This document shows positions 37,824 to 49,032 of a DNA stretch of 64,000 nt, one piece after another. The stretch spans positions 35,511,360 through 35,575,359 of the forward strand of contig NC_090386.1 in assembly GCF_036365525.1 (NCBI RefSeq), in the 5' to 3' direction. Position 1 is the first letter of the stretch. Each line of letters opens with the position of its first letter. The stretch is from Heterodontus francisci (taxonomy: Eukaryota). The notes beneath the pieces are model-generated. The model made no database searches. It was not told the origin of the DNA and saw only the letters and a list, made by a program, of their open reading frames with translations. Position numbers and translations under genes: made by a program.

Positions 37824-40800
37824 TGTCATGGTTGTGTAGTTTTCTTTTGCTCTGGGGAATATACAGTTTGCCTTTAAGGCTTGCAAAGAATCAGTACTGC
37901 TTTAAGAATCAGCAGGCCTCCAGAGTTACTGAGAAGGTACATTTTTGTTGCCTTGGATACAGCCATTCGGAGACTGTGATTCAAAGGGTGCATTCTCATT
38001 ACCATGGATACAGCCACTGGGATTGAGCATCATGCGATACATTTGTTACAATTCAATTTTGAACTGACATTTTAGTTGAAGACAGTCTGCTCTAACAGAA
38101 CACAAACAGACAACTGGCGTTAGCACCTGAAAAAAGAACTCTCAACCATTTAAACTGAAGGAAGAGAATTTTCGTCTTATTATTATTTCTCATTATTCTC
38201 ATTATTATCTCTCAAAATTCTAAAAAAGTCAAGCCAAAACAGAGATCTCTGATAACTTAAATGAAGGAAGGGAAGTTAGACTATGACAATCTTTTATCCC
38301 TCAAACACTCTAAAGTCAGATTGATTCTATTGAAAATGTTTGCAAGTTGTTAATTGTTGAAACTCGCTGAAGAAGGAAGCATCACATACTGCTAGAGTTA
38401 AACTATGGACTGTTCTATTGTGGAAGAACATTTTTTCCCCATCGGACGGCTGTGAAGACTTCAAGCAACATTGGACTGTAAATTTGCAAGGACCGTAATT
38501 TTTTCTATTTTAAATTTTGTTTATAGCTTCATAAGTAATAAAACTGAACTTCAAAGAGAAAGTGAAAGAGAAGAAAAGGAATTTAGGCTAAAAGAGATGG
38601 AACTAAGACAAAAGAGTCAGGAAGAATCTGAATTTAGATTAGGACCCAGCGAGAAGTTGTTTAAATTTACATAGGCTTTTCCGAGGTTCGAGCAAAGGGA
38701 TGTAGAGGCATTTTTCATATCTTTTGAAAAAATAGCCTAACAGATGAAATGGCCGAAAGAAAGCTGGACATTGCTAATTCAGGGCAGGCTGGTAGGCCGA
38801 GCTCATGAAGCTTATGCCATTCTTTCTGAAGAGGTTTCTGCAGATTATGAGATGGCAAAAAAAGCTATTCTCGCTGCATATGAGTTAGTCCCTGAAGCTT
38901 ACCGTTAGAAGTTTAGGAACTTACAGAAATTGGCTGGGCAGACATATTTAGAATTTGAGAGGGTGAAGCAAATGAATTTTGACCATTAAAGATAGAAACC
39001 ACATATGAGAATCTTTGAGAATTGATTCTCTTAGAAGAGTTTAAAAACTCTATTCCTTCAGTAGTGAGAACTCATACAGATAACCTGAAAGTTTTGAAAG
39101 CTAGGCAAGCAGCAGAGATTGCTGATGATTTTGAGCTTGTGAATACCAACCTATTTTGTCTGTCACCCCCATAAACCTGAGAAGGATAGAAAGTGGGAGA
39201 GTGAAAGGAAGGCAAAGACAAGAAGGAACAGCTGGGAATGCCCCAGGATCACCTCCTCAGGTCAGAAAGGAAGGTGCTGAGGGTAGAAGTGAGGTTCGCA
39301 AGCCAAAGTGTTATCATTGCAACAAAACATGTCATCTTCATTCAGAGTGCTGGAAATTGCAAGGTAAACCCATAGGACTTGTTGGGGCATGCAAGGTTAG
39401 TGCAGAGGAAAAATCTCTGACTGAGAGTATAGCAGACCAGGCTATTGCTTTAATGACAGCTGTGAATGTGAAACCAGATACGAAAACTAAAACGACTGCA
39501 GAGGTTAAGAATAGAATACCTGAGAGTTATAATGAATTTTTGTCAACGGGGAGAGTAACTCCGTATCCTGTAAGTGAGGCAGGAAAACCTATCATTATAC
39601 TCAGGGACACAGGAGCAACCCAAACACTCTTGTTGGGGAAAGATATAAGGTTTCCTCCAGAAGGGGCCTTGAACGCTAAAGTTTTAGTTAACGGAATTGG
39701 TGGGGTGTGTATACCCATACCTTTAAGTATAAAGTATGCCTAGAGAGTGACTTAATATCTGGGATAGTAACTGTAAGTGTTGTCCATAGTTTACCAGTAA
39801 AGCTAATTGATCTGCTCCTAGGAAATGATTTGGCTGGATCAAAAATATCAGTTTCTCCTATAGTTACAGAGGAACCAAGTGAAATTAAGGAAACAGAGCA
39901 ATTACAGGAACAAGTTCCAGGAATATTTCCTGTGTGTGTGATTACCCGAGCAATGGCTAAACAGGATCCATTGTCGGAGGTAAAAGGGGCATCACAAATA
40001 GATAGTCAGGCATCTAGAACCTTATTCGGGGATTTAGATAATCCAAATGAGATGTTTAACAGATCATCTATTATTGCAGCACAGCAAGCTGATCCAGAGA
40101 TATACCGAATAGCACAGACAGCTCTGTCAGAAACTGAGGCGAAAGTACTTCTGGAAGGCTATTATATGGCAAACGGGTTTTTGAGGAGGAAATGGAGACT
40201 GCCTCATAGGCTGCTGCCAAAGACTGGACAGTTGTTGAACAGATAGTAGTACCACCTAAATATCGACAAGGATTATTAAGGTTAGCCCACGACATTCCTT
40301 TTGCAGGGCATAGGGGAATTCGGAAGAGCAAATCACACATAGGCAAACATTATTACTGGCCAGGTCTTATAAAGGATGTGATACAATTTTGTAGGACATG
40401 CCATACCTGTCAAATGGTGGGGAAACCACAACCTACCATAAAACCACCACCACTAGTTTCCATACCAATGGTTGAGAAACCATATTACTGCAGGGAGGAG
40501 GATAAGCCAGTGCAGGTATGTCAGGTAATCAGGACTGTGGAGAAGGAAAAGGATAGTGAGGATGAGGCAGAAGTAGGCCTAGGAAATTCTCAGACTGAAC
40601 CTCCAACTATCCAATCAGCGAATGCAGAATGGCTAGGAAAATTAAACCATAGGCCTTTACACTTAGACGCAAAACAGCGTGAAGTCCTAACCAGGGTTTT
40701 CACAATGTTTCAAAAAGTTTGTAGGAATAAGGCAGGATGTACAACCTTAGCCACACATGGTTTGGATGTAGGGGGAGCCATTCCTTTAAAACAATATCCT

Positions 40801-41602
40801 TGTTGCTTAGGTCCATACAGATAGGCCCAAGTGGAAGCAGAGGTACAATGCATGCTGAAGGGCAGCTTAGATGAACCTAGACAGGACAGCTGGAATTCAC
40901 AGAGGGCCTTGATGTCTAAACCTGGTGCGTCAGCTCAAACTTGCATAGACTCTAAAAAAAGTCACTGTGGTAAAGAAGGCAGACTCCTACCCAAATTCTT
41001 ATTTAAAGGACTGTAAGGATGGAGTGGGCAACACCATGTGTCTTAAAGAGACAAATGTGTTGGAGGAAATCTGTCAAATTCCTTTGACACCCCAAGGTAA
41101 GAAAAAATCAGCCTCTGTTACACCGGACAGGGTTTTCCAGTGTCAAGTGATGCCACATAGGTTAAGGGGTAGTTGAGAAACTTCTCAGAGAATAGTGAAC
41201 CCTGTAGTGGTCAGTGCTCCTCGCTGTGTAGTTCACCTGGCTGAGGTGATGGAGAATAGGGACACTTGGAAGGAAAACACGAAACAATTGGAAGACTATG
41301 CTTGGAAATTTAAAATGGGTTAATTGGAATAACCTTTTGAAAATTTAAAGCCGAAATGTTCTGGTGGAACTTGTTGCTGTAGTCTAAACATTTTCTTTTA
41401 GAAAAGTGTACATCTGTAAATTCGGGGGGAAAAAATGTGTTAGCGTTTTTTCAATTTGTATTTTTTATACCCATTGTAATGAAACGCATTTCAGGAATGG
41501 TGTTTCATTCCACTAGGGGCAGAGGTGTCATGGTCGTGTAGTTTTTTTTCTCCAGGGAATATGTGGTTTGCCTTTAAGGCTTGCAAAGGATCAGTACTGC
41601 TT
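37824..41602 (+). mobile_element. Internally deleted Gmr1-like Gypsy element inserted in the RTE
   Basis: Direct repeat tgtcatgg...cagtactgctt at 37824 and at 41526-41602, the latter after purine tract aggggcagagg. Gag (YELVPEAYR*KFR, ILLEEFK, CYHCNKTCHLHSEC), protease LRDTGATQT, integrase HHCC (H...GH...YYWPGL...CRTCHTCQ), then degenerate RT. Confidence 0.85.
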
Positions 41603-42250
41603 CCTCTCTAAGATGGCATTCCTCAGAGAGCTGCAATTCACTGAGAACTGAAACTTCGATGTTATATCTCGCAAGCTCCCGAGAAACTATGGCAGTTCTC
41701 CTTTAAGGGTATTCACAGTTTATTGTCCATAAGGGTGCATACATTCCAAGTCCAGAAATTCATGCATTTTATTGCTTGTGTGTGTTTTTGACCACAGGGT
41801 TGTGATCCTACCCGGTGCGGTTTCCTGGTCAGGACCGTTTAGGATAGCCTATGCTTGGGGCACCTTTTATAGCCCCTTCCTTAAGTGAAGTGAGCAGAGG
41901 GGACGACTCTAAAAAGGACTGATCAGTCATGGTTGCTGCTGCTGGAGAGTTACTTCTGTCCCAATTCCAAGAGCTCAGTGACCATCAGGCAACCACCACC
42001 TATAAGCAGATTTGTGACTAGAGACCTCCAGGTTCACAGTCCTATCTCTGACACCACTCGTCCATTGCCACAGAGCTTTTTAGTGTCCTTAGCAGAGGAC
42101 TGAGTGGGTCTTCTTTTAATATGATGAAGTCAGTGCGCAGTCGACAACTGCACAATGTTGATGGGTTGGCAATCTTTACCCAATGGCATGGCAAGCCATG
42201 ATGACTGGTCAGTGTCAATCCCATTGCAGCCTTCATCTGCCTTCAAAGCC
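41603..42250 (-). mobile_element. RTE LINE 5' part (endonuclease N-terminus and probable 5' UTR)
   Basis: Minus translation RRTAIVSRELARYNIEVSVLSE at ~41645-41705. The upstream boundary is approximate. Confidence 0.78.
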
Positions 42251-44394
42251 AGCGATGCCCACATTCCATGAACGAATAAAAAAAAGTACATGTTCCTCGT
42301 TCATCCACCTTTTCCACTGTTAAAGACTTGAAACATGTTTTTATTGAAGGTCGTCCCTCTAAAATCCAGATCAGCGTAGCAGACTTACCTCATGCAGGTT
42401 TTGGCTGGGAAAATCTTGGTGGAAGAACAAGCTGTGAGCAAAGCCACAACCAGTCTGCCACCCTGGGATGTGAGGACAAGTACCAGTGGGAAGGTACTAC
42501 TCGGCAGAGTCTTTGAGCCCATTTAGTGGGATGTATCAGTCACTGGAAGCTCTAGGAGTAGGCCCACCTGTGTCGAGTAGCCAAGAAGAGAAAGTGCTTT
42601 ATGGTGAGCCAAGTCTATCAATGGCAATTATCACAGCTTACAATCACTAAAGGAAGACTTTATTTTAGTGTACTGCCAAGGCTGTTCTCTGGCAAATCTC
42701 TTGGACTGATGAGTTTTCCCCTTTCTCACATTTCAATAACACAGAAGACACACCTCCCACTTCATGAATTAACATTGTTAGAGCTTTCAGTCGCCGAATG
42801 ACCCAGCACTATCTGTGAAGCTGTGTCAACAGGGCTTATTCCAACATTCTCACAGGTGGTAGGTAGAGGCCCAGGTTCTCTGAAGCTTCTGCTGGTGTGC
42901 CCAAAGGATGTCCCTCCGTTCAGTGGACCTCTCTGAGCACAGAATTCTGGCCCGTGTCTGTACTTCATCTAATGTCACAAGTGGTGTGAGGCTTTTTCTG
43001 GATGCTCTGCAAAAGTTTGTGGCCCACCCTCAAGCAGCCTGAATAACATGGTTAAGGCACTCAGAAACAGCAGCCTAGCTTGATGTCTGTTGTGCAGGAC
43101 ATACTGCAAATGCTGTATGTGCTGAGAAAGTGACATCATAAATATGGTGATTGCATCTTGCGTGCATGCTCACGCTGCAGCCTTGGCACACAAAATTCAG
43201 GAGTTTGGGAGGGTATTTCCCACTCTTTAGGAGATACTCTATGGTGGGGGAGGGGGGGGTCAGAAGGGAGCGAAAAAGGGAGTCACATCGCTTAAGAAGA
43301 TGCATTGTTCTCTGCTGCAGCAGACCAGTGCCCCAGGTGACGTCATGTATTGCAGTGATGTGACGCATGTCAGTGCCCAGTGTTGGTCAGTTGGCTCTTG
43401 TGTTGGGGCCATAGTCCTGTATAATGCTCAAACGTTAATCGAACAACTATGTGGCAACCAGAGTTACACATTTCAGCATGTTCCTGGGACAACTACTGTT
43501 GCACAAGCATTGACTGCAGTTGGAGGGCTTTTGACATCCACAGAAGTAAATAAGGCCACTGCACAGCAATCAGTTCCTGATGCAGCCCTGGGGGAACACA
43601 GGAACTGGAGATAGAATGCATAGGTTTAAGAATGACTTCTAGCACACACATATACTTCCTAGTATCCATTTTCATAGCCTTGTTCAAAATCATTTCACGC
43701 CCTTGAAAATCAATACAGTTCTGCACATTCGACCGTGTAATAGCAATAGGCACAGATTCTTTTCAGTAAGACTCATGTTAATACAAAATAAATGCTGTCA
43801 TTAAATAAGCAATCCTATGCACGGTCTGTAGACTCAGTGATATCAGCACAGTCACTTACTAGAAGCATTGTCACCATTTCCTGAGATAAATAAATAAGAC
43901 AGCTATAGAGCATAGGGTACAATTATTGAGTACTGTCTCAAACAGAATTAATAGGCTGCCAAAAGCATTAATTGGGAATAATTAGCAGTGCATGTTAAAC
44001 CAATGTTAGTACCAATAAAGTTAATCTTCACAAAGCAGAAAAGTAGTGTTGGCTACACAAACCCAGCTAGTGTTATCATCAATATTTTCCCAGCCCTAAC
44101 CTTGCATAATCCAATCCTATCAAACGTCTATACCCCATATACCTTGAAGTTCTGGCTTGAGAACAGGAGAATAGGGTTCCCAGCATTTTCTTTCCAAATA
44201 CATTTCAAACCACTGTGATTCCCCCATCAGATGCCAAGCAAGTCCGGCAGCAGTTCAGAAGATCCACTGCAACCAGCTAAGTTGGTGCTTTTACATTTCT
44301 CTGCGTGACTGATGGTAGGAAAATTGCACAAGTTACAGAAGCTCCACTTTATACTGCCAAAGTATCTTCATATTGCAGTGCTGTAACCTCCTCC

Positions 44395-44690
44395 CAGCAT
44401 TACAACTTTCTAAGATCTCTGCTCGAAGTCAGGCCTCTTGCATATCCCTGATTTCCATTACTCCATCATTGGTGCTTATGTCTTCAGATGCTTAGATCCT
44501 AAGCTCCCTAAACCTCTTTGCCTCTCTACCACTCTCTTGTCCTATAAGATGCTCCTTAAAAATTAGTTTTTCACCTGTTCTAATATCTCTTTATGTGGTT
44601 TGCTGTCAAATTTTGTTTGATAACGCTCCTGTGAAATGTCTTGGGATGAATTACTACATTAAAGGCATGATATAAATGCAAATTGCGTGG
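44395..44690 (+). mobile_element. L2 LINE 3'-end fragment
   Basis: cctaagctccctaaacctct...cctgtgaaatgtcttgggatg...tacattaaaggc...tataaatgca; reverse-homologous to 56240-56490 and 63470-63700. Confidence 0.7.
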
Positions 44691-44920
44691 TTGTAGCTGC
44701 CTCTGGGGGCAGTGCAGCAATATTATTGGTTAATCCCTAGCAGTATTTCAAGGTAATGCATCAATGCAGGGCACAGATGCAAACTGGCAAAGGGAAAGTT
44801 CAAGACTACTGTCGAAAGCATATCATGTAAATAATGTCAAATAAGGGCAAATATCAAGTCACAAAATTACATTTTCTGTTGTGAATTTATGAATGTAAAT
44901 ACTTCTGAAAATAGAGATAT

Positions 44921-44959
44921 GTTGTCGAAGCTTTTCGTCTTGCACTCATCAGGACAATC
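44921..44959 (-). ncRNA. Minimal type I hammerhead ribozyme motif, complete core
   Basis: Minus RNA is GA-UUGUC-CUGAUGA-GU-GCAAG-AC-GAAA-AGCU-UC-GACAA-C. It has a 5-bp stem I, 2-bp stem II, palindromic AAGCUU stem III and a UUC cleavage triplet. Confidence 0.8.
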
Positions 44960-45015
44960 GCAAGCATAACCAATGTAAGGGAAAACAACAACTTAAACTA
45001 CATGAGAAGAGAGTG

Positions 45016-45368
45016 TTTAGTTTAGTTTAGAGATACAGCACTGAAACAGGCCCTTCGGCCCACCGAGTCTGTGCCGACCATCAACCATCCATTTATACTA
45101 ATCCTACACTAATCCCATATTCCTACCACATCCCCACCTGTCCCTATATTTCCCTACCACCTACCTATACTAGGGGCAATTTATAATGGCCAATTTACCA
45201 ACCAACCTGCAAGTCTTTTCGCTTGTGGGAGGAAACCGGAGCACCCGGAGGAAACCCACGCAGACACAGGGAGAACTTGCAAACTCCACACAGGCAGTGC
45301 CCAGAATTGAACCCGGGTCGCTGGAGCTGTGAGGCGGCGGTGCTAACCACTGCGCCACTGTGCCGCCC
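45016..45368 (-). mobile_element. HE1-type SINE, full length
   Basis: Complete head (gggcggcacagtggcgcagtggttagca), central domain and (ctaaa)n tail. Confidence 0.93.
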
Positions 45369-45608
45369 TGATTGCTGATTGGTTGGCCAGTAGACTCTGA
45401 TTGGTAGAGGCGTTGCCATGGCGAATGCATCAGTTTATGGTGACTAACAGTTAACTGCCAAGCTTTGTTTAAAATTTAAACCAGGCAGCTTGACTCTGAT
45501 TGGTCAAGGCATTGCCCTGAGGAATGAACCAGCGAATGGCTGTCACTTACTTTGTTCAGCTGAAACAGGTGCAATGTTTGTGCATATTCTTTCTTTGATT
45601 ATTTTTGT

Positions 45609-45647
45609 GATTGTCCTGATGAGTGCAAGATGAAAAGCTTCAACAAC
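45609..45647 (+). ncRNA. Second hammerhead copy (two substitutions in stems I and II)
   Basis: gattgtcCTGATGAgtgcaagatGAAAagctTCaacaac. It differs from the 44921-44959 copy at two CpG positions. Confidence 0.65.
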
Positions 45648-45838
45648 ATGTCACTATTTTCAGCAATATTCAAGTTCTGTGCTACTAAATGACTGAATGT
45701 AAATACATTAAAAATTTAAATTTCTAGCATTTTAACAGATGACTTTAAACTTCCTGTATTTTGTAGACAGTGGGGAATGTGTATAATTTTGCAGGAGCAG
45801 AAGGACTAGATAGCTGACACCCACACCATTTTCAAACT

Positions 45839-46807
45839 TGTTACGACCAAGTTGGGAGGAGTGCACTGTTTATTCTAGTCCCACTTCTCCACAGGTCACG
45901 ACATATATTTTAAATTTTCCCACTTACCGATACGGTTAATCATATACTCTATTTTTCCCGGAATAGAACACATTAACCAGGTTTCTTTAATGAACAATAA
46001 AATTATCAGTTTATTATAGAACAAGTCTTAATTAACTAGGAATGAAGTAAAGCATAAACACACAGATTTAAATTTTAAAGTCCCCTTTTTACCTTAGCCC
46101 CTCACACTCACACACACATACACCAGTTAAGCAGAAAAATAAAAGGGATTTTTTTTTGAATTCAGAGCTCCGTTACAGACAAAAAAAAAACACTTGGGCT
46201 GATTACTTGCTCATTTTTGAAGAAAATAGCAGATGACATATGTTGTGTTCCAAAACTGGCATACAGTCTAACTTCTGAGTACACGTAGACAGGGCACTGA
46301 GATCTTTTAGAACAGTTCTTTTCAGGTGGCATTGAGAACCAGTCTAGCAGGCTTTTCCTCAAAGGCAGGAGACGAGATGAATTGACACAGCGGACTTCTC
46401 AGGTCTTTTAGAGATGCTGGAAAGCGAGCGGTTTGTGGTCTTCTCTCCTTTCTTCACTTCTTCAGCAGCCTAACTTTATCAGCCGGTCACTCCAGAAGAT
46501 AAAACACACTGACACTCCAGCCAAAAGCCTGTGAGTTTTCTGCCCTCCCAGGTACGCGCTGCTGCTCCTGAGCTTGTCCAATCAAAGGGTGCCTGTCACT
46601 TCCCTGCCCACATTTTTACCTGTTACCAGGGTTTCTGTTCTGTTTTTAACTTGAGTCATGTGACAACCAGTACATTGTTGCCAAACTAATTCTTTCAGTG
46701 TTCCCTTGATGACTCTCTTGAAAACAAACTGGTCCAACATTTATTCAATTTGCCTGTGAATTCCTCAAAAAATATTTTAACATAAAAAAAGAATCATTTC
46801 CATAACA
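45839..46807 (-). mobile_element. Solo LTR
   Basis: tgttacg...cataaca ends; 4-bp TSD aact at 45835-45838 and 46808-46811; related to 11378-12447 in opposite orientation. Confidence 0.88.
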
Positions 46808-47015
46808 AACTCTACAAAGTGATGACGTGAGCAGTCCCAGAAAAAAAAAATGGCTCGAAATTGTCTCTTGGATTGGGGAAGTGGGTTGTTGCCAATCAAC
46901 AAAGGAGAAAAAAATATACTTTTTCAATCCTTGGCATTTGAGCAGTAAATTCTGTACCATTTGCTATCAGGCCTCCGATAATGCACAGCACCGTAAGCTG
47001 AACCTCAGGATTACA

Positions 47016-47146
47016 ACAGGGGCTGGACATGGGGAGTAGAACAAGGGACTGGACATGGAGAGTCGAAAAGAGACATGGCCATGGGGAGTAAAGCAGAGGA
47101 ATGGACATGAGGAATAGAGCAGGGCTGGGCATGGAGAGTAGAGCAG
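47016..47146. repeat. Degenerate minisatellite, 24-26 bp x 5
   Basis: Recurring tggacatgg(g/a)gagtaga core. Confidence 0.8.
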
Positions 47147-47344
47147 GAGCAAAAATTGGGTTGAATGCAAGTCATAGTAGGAAATTCTATCTAACCTGTT
47201 CCATTCTTCCATAATTTTAAAAATTCTTTCATTTCATCCCATAATCTGCATTGTTACAAAGAAGAAGAACCCAATTTTTCAAGTCATTCTTTGTATTTGT
47301 ATTTCCTCATGCAGTCTATGTGGTGGAGGTACAGCTGCAGTGCT

Positions 47345-47498
47345 TTTTTTTCATTCATTCATGTGATGTGGGCGTCGCTGGCAAGGCCAGCATTTATTGC
47401 CCATCCCTAATTGCCCTCAAGAAGGTGGTGGTGAGCTGCCTTCTTGAACCACTGCAGTCCATGTGGGGTAGGTACACCCACAGTGCTGTTAGGAAGGG
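47345..47498 (-). mobile_element. 3' tail fragment of the second CR1/L2-group LINE family
   Basis: Matches 21559-21715. Confidence 0.85.
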
Positions 47499-48019
47499 AA
47501 GCATCCACGTGAATTTGTGCTGTACACTCAACAGTCTGAATATCCATCCTGGTGTGGAGCCCAATACTTCCCACAATGCTCTAACTGAAGTCTTATTCAG
47601 ATTTTTATATCATCATTATCTCTTTGTTTTCATGTTCTATACCTCGTAATGAAACCTAGAATTCCATTAGCTGCCTTTCAAGCAGCCTTATCAACCTGTG
47701 GTGAAGCCTTTCATATCCTGGGGAACTGCGCCACAAAATCCCTCTGCTCTTCCACAGCACGGAGCATACTTCGATGCAGAGTATAACTGCTATTGTTTCT
47801 TTAAATCAAAATGCATAGATGTGACTTACTAACATTGAATTTTACATGCCATATTTTGCCCAGCCGCCTTATCAAATATCCATTTACAGCTTCCTTTAGT
47901 CTTCTAAAGAATTAACTTTACCTCCTATTTTGAATTCATCTCCAAATATGACACCAATGACAAACATGTCATTGATATACACAAAAAACAAAAAGGGGCA
48001 TAAAACAGAACACCATGGG

Positions 48020-48816
48020 ACTTTTTTTATTAGTTCATAGGATGGGATAAACTGCTGGCAAGGCCAGCATTTATTGCCCACTTATTGCAGTCTATGTGGT
48101 GGAGGTACAGCCCCAGTGCTGTTAGGAAGGCAGTTCCAGGATTTTGACCCAGCAACAGTGAAGGAACGGCGATATAGTTCCAAGTCAGGATAGTGTGTGG
48201 CTTGGAGAGGAACTTGCAGGTGGTGATGTTCTCATGCATCTGCTGCCCTTGTCCTTCTAGGTGGTAGAGGTTGTGGGTTTGAACGTTGCTGTTAAAGTAG
48301 CCTTGGTGAGTTGCTGCAATGCATCTAGTTGCAGGTGGTGGTGTTCCTATGCATCTGCTGCCCTTGTCCTTCCAGGTGGTAGAGGTCGCTGGTTTGGATG
48401 ATGCTGTCAAGGGAGCCTTGGCAAATGGCTGCAAGGCATCTGATAGATGGTACACACTACAGCCACACTGCACTTGTGGTGGAGAGAGTGAACGTTTAAG
48501 ATGGTGGATGGGGTGCCGATGAAGCGGGCTGCTTTGTCCTGGAAGGTGTTGAGCGTCTTGAGCGTTGTTGGAGCTGCATTCATCAATGCAAGTGGAGAGT
48601 ATTCCATCACATTCCTGACTTATGCCTTGCAGACAGTGGACAGACTTTGGGGAGTCAGGAGGTGAATTATTTTCCACAGAATTCCCAGCCTCAGACTTGC
48701 TTTTGTAACAACAGTATATATATGACTGGTCCAGTTAAGTTTCTGGTCAATGACGATCTCCAGGATGTTGATAGTGGGGGATTCAGCAATGGTAATGGCC
48801 TTGAATCTCAAGGGGC
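48020..48816 (-). mobile_element. 5'-truncated CR1/L2-group LINE (same family as 21559-22798) with internal duplication
   Basis: AESPTINIL...DQKLNWTSHI; MEYSPLALMNAAPTTLK. A ~115 bp segment occurs twice (from ~48214 and ~48329). Confidence 0.88.
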
Positions 48817-49032
48817 AATATTACGCATGGAGGTTCATTAACATAGAGACATTGCGCGGCCCCACCATATGACATGGTGGGGGCGGGGCATCCGGCACCG
48901 TAATGGACACCGACACAGCTGTTTAAAGGGCAGCCAGCATATCAGCTATGCCTGCACCTACAAAGGTCACAGAACCAAGCAGCAGTTCAACTGCTGAGAT
49001 CGCTCCATTAGTGAAAAGATAACTTCACCTGC

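Larger units (their letters stand above)
44903..45693 (-). mobile_element. Extremely 5'-truncated Penelope-like element with inverted hammerhead-containing termini
   Basis: Inverted repeat ~44905-44963 vs ~45605-45663; 13-bp TSD tgaatgtaaatac at 44890-44902 and 45694-45706. A short minus frame KEYAQTLHLFQLNK resembles a PLE C-terminus (recall). An HE1 SINE is nested inside. Confidence 0.8.

Noticed and set aside
48810-48826. Left TIR of the Harbinger (ggggcaatattac)
   Set aside because: aaggggc is also present at the equivalent position of the LINE copy at ~22277-22284, so it is probably LINE sequence. The left end is unresolved.
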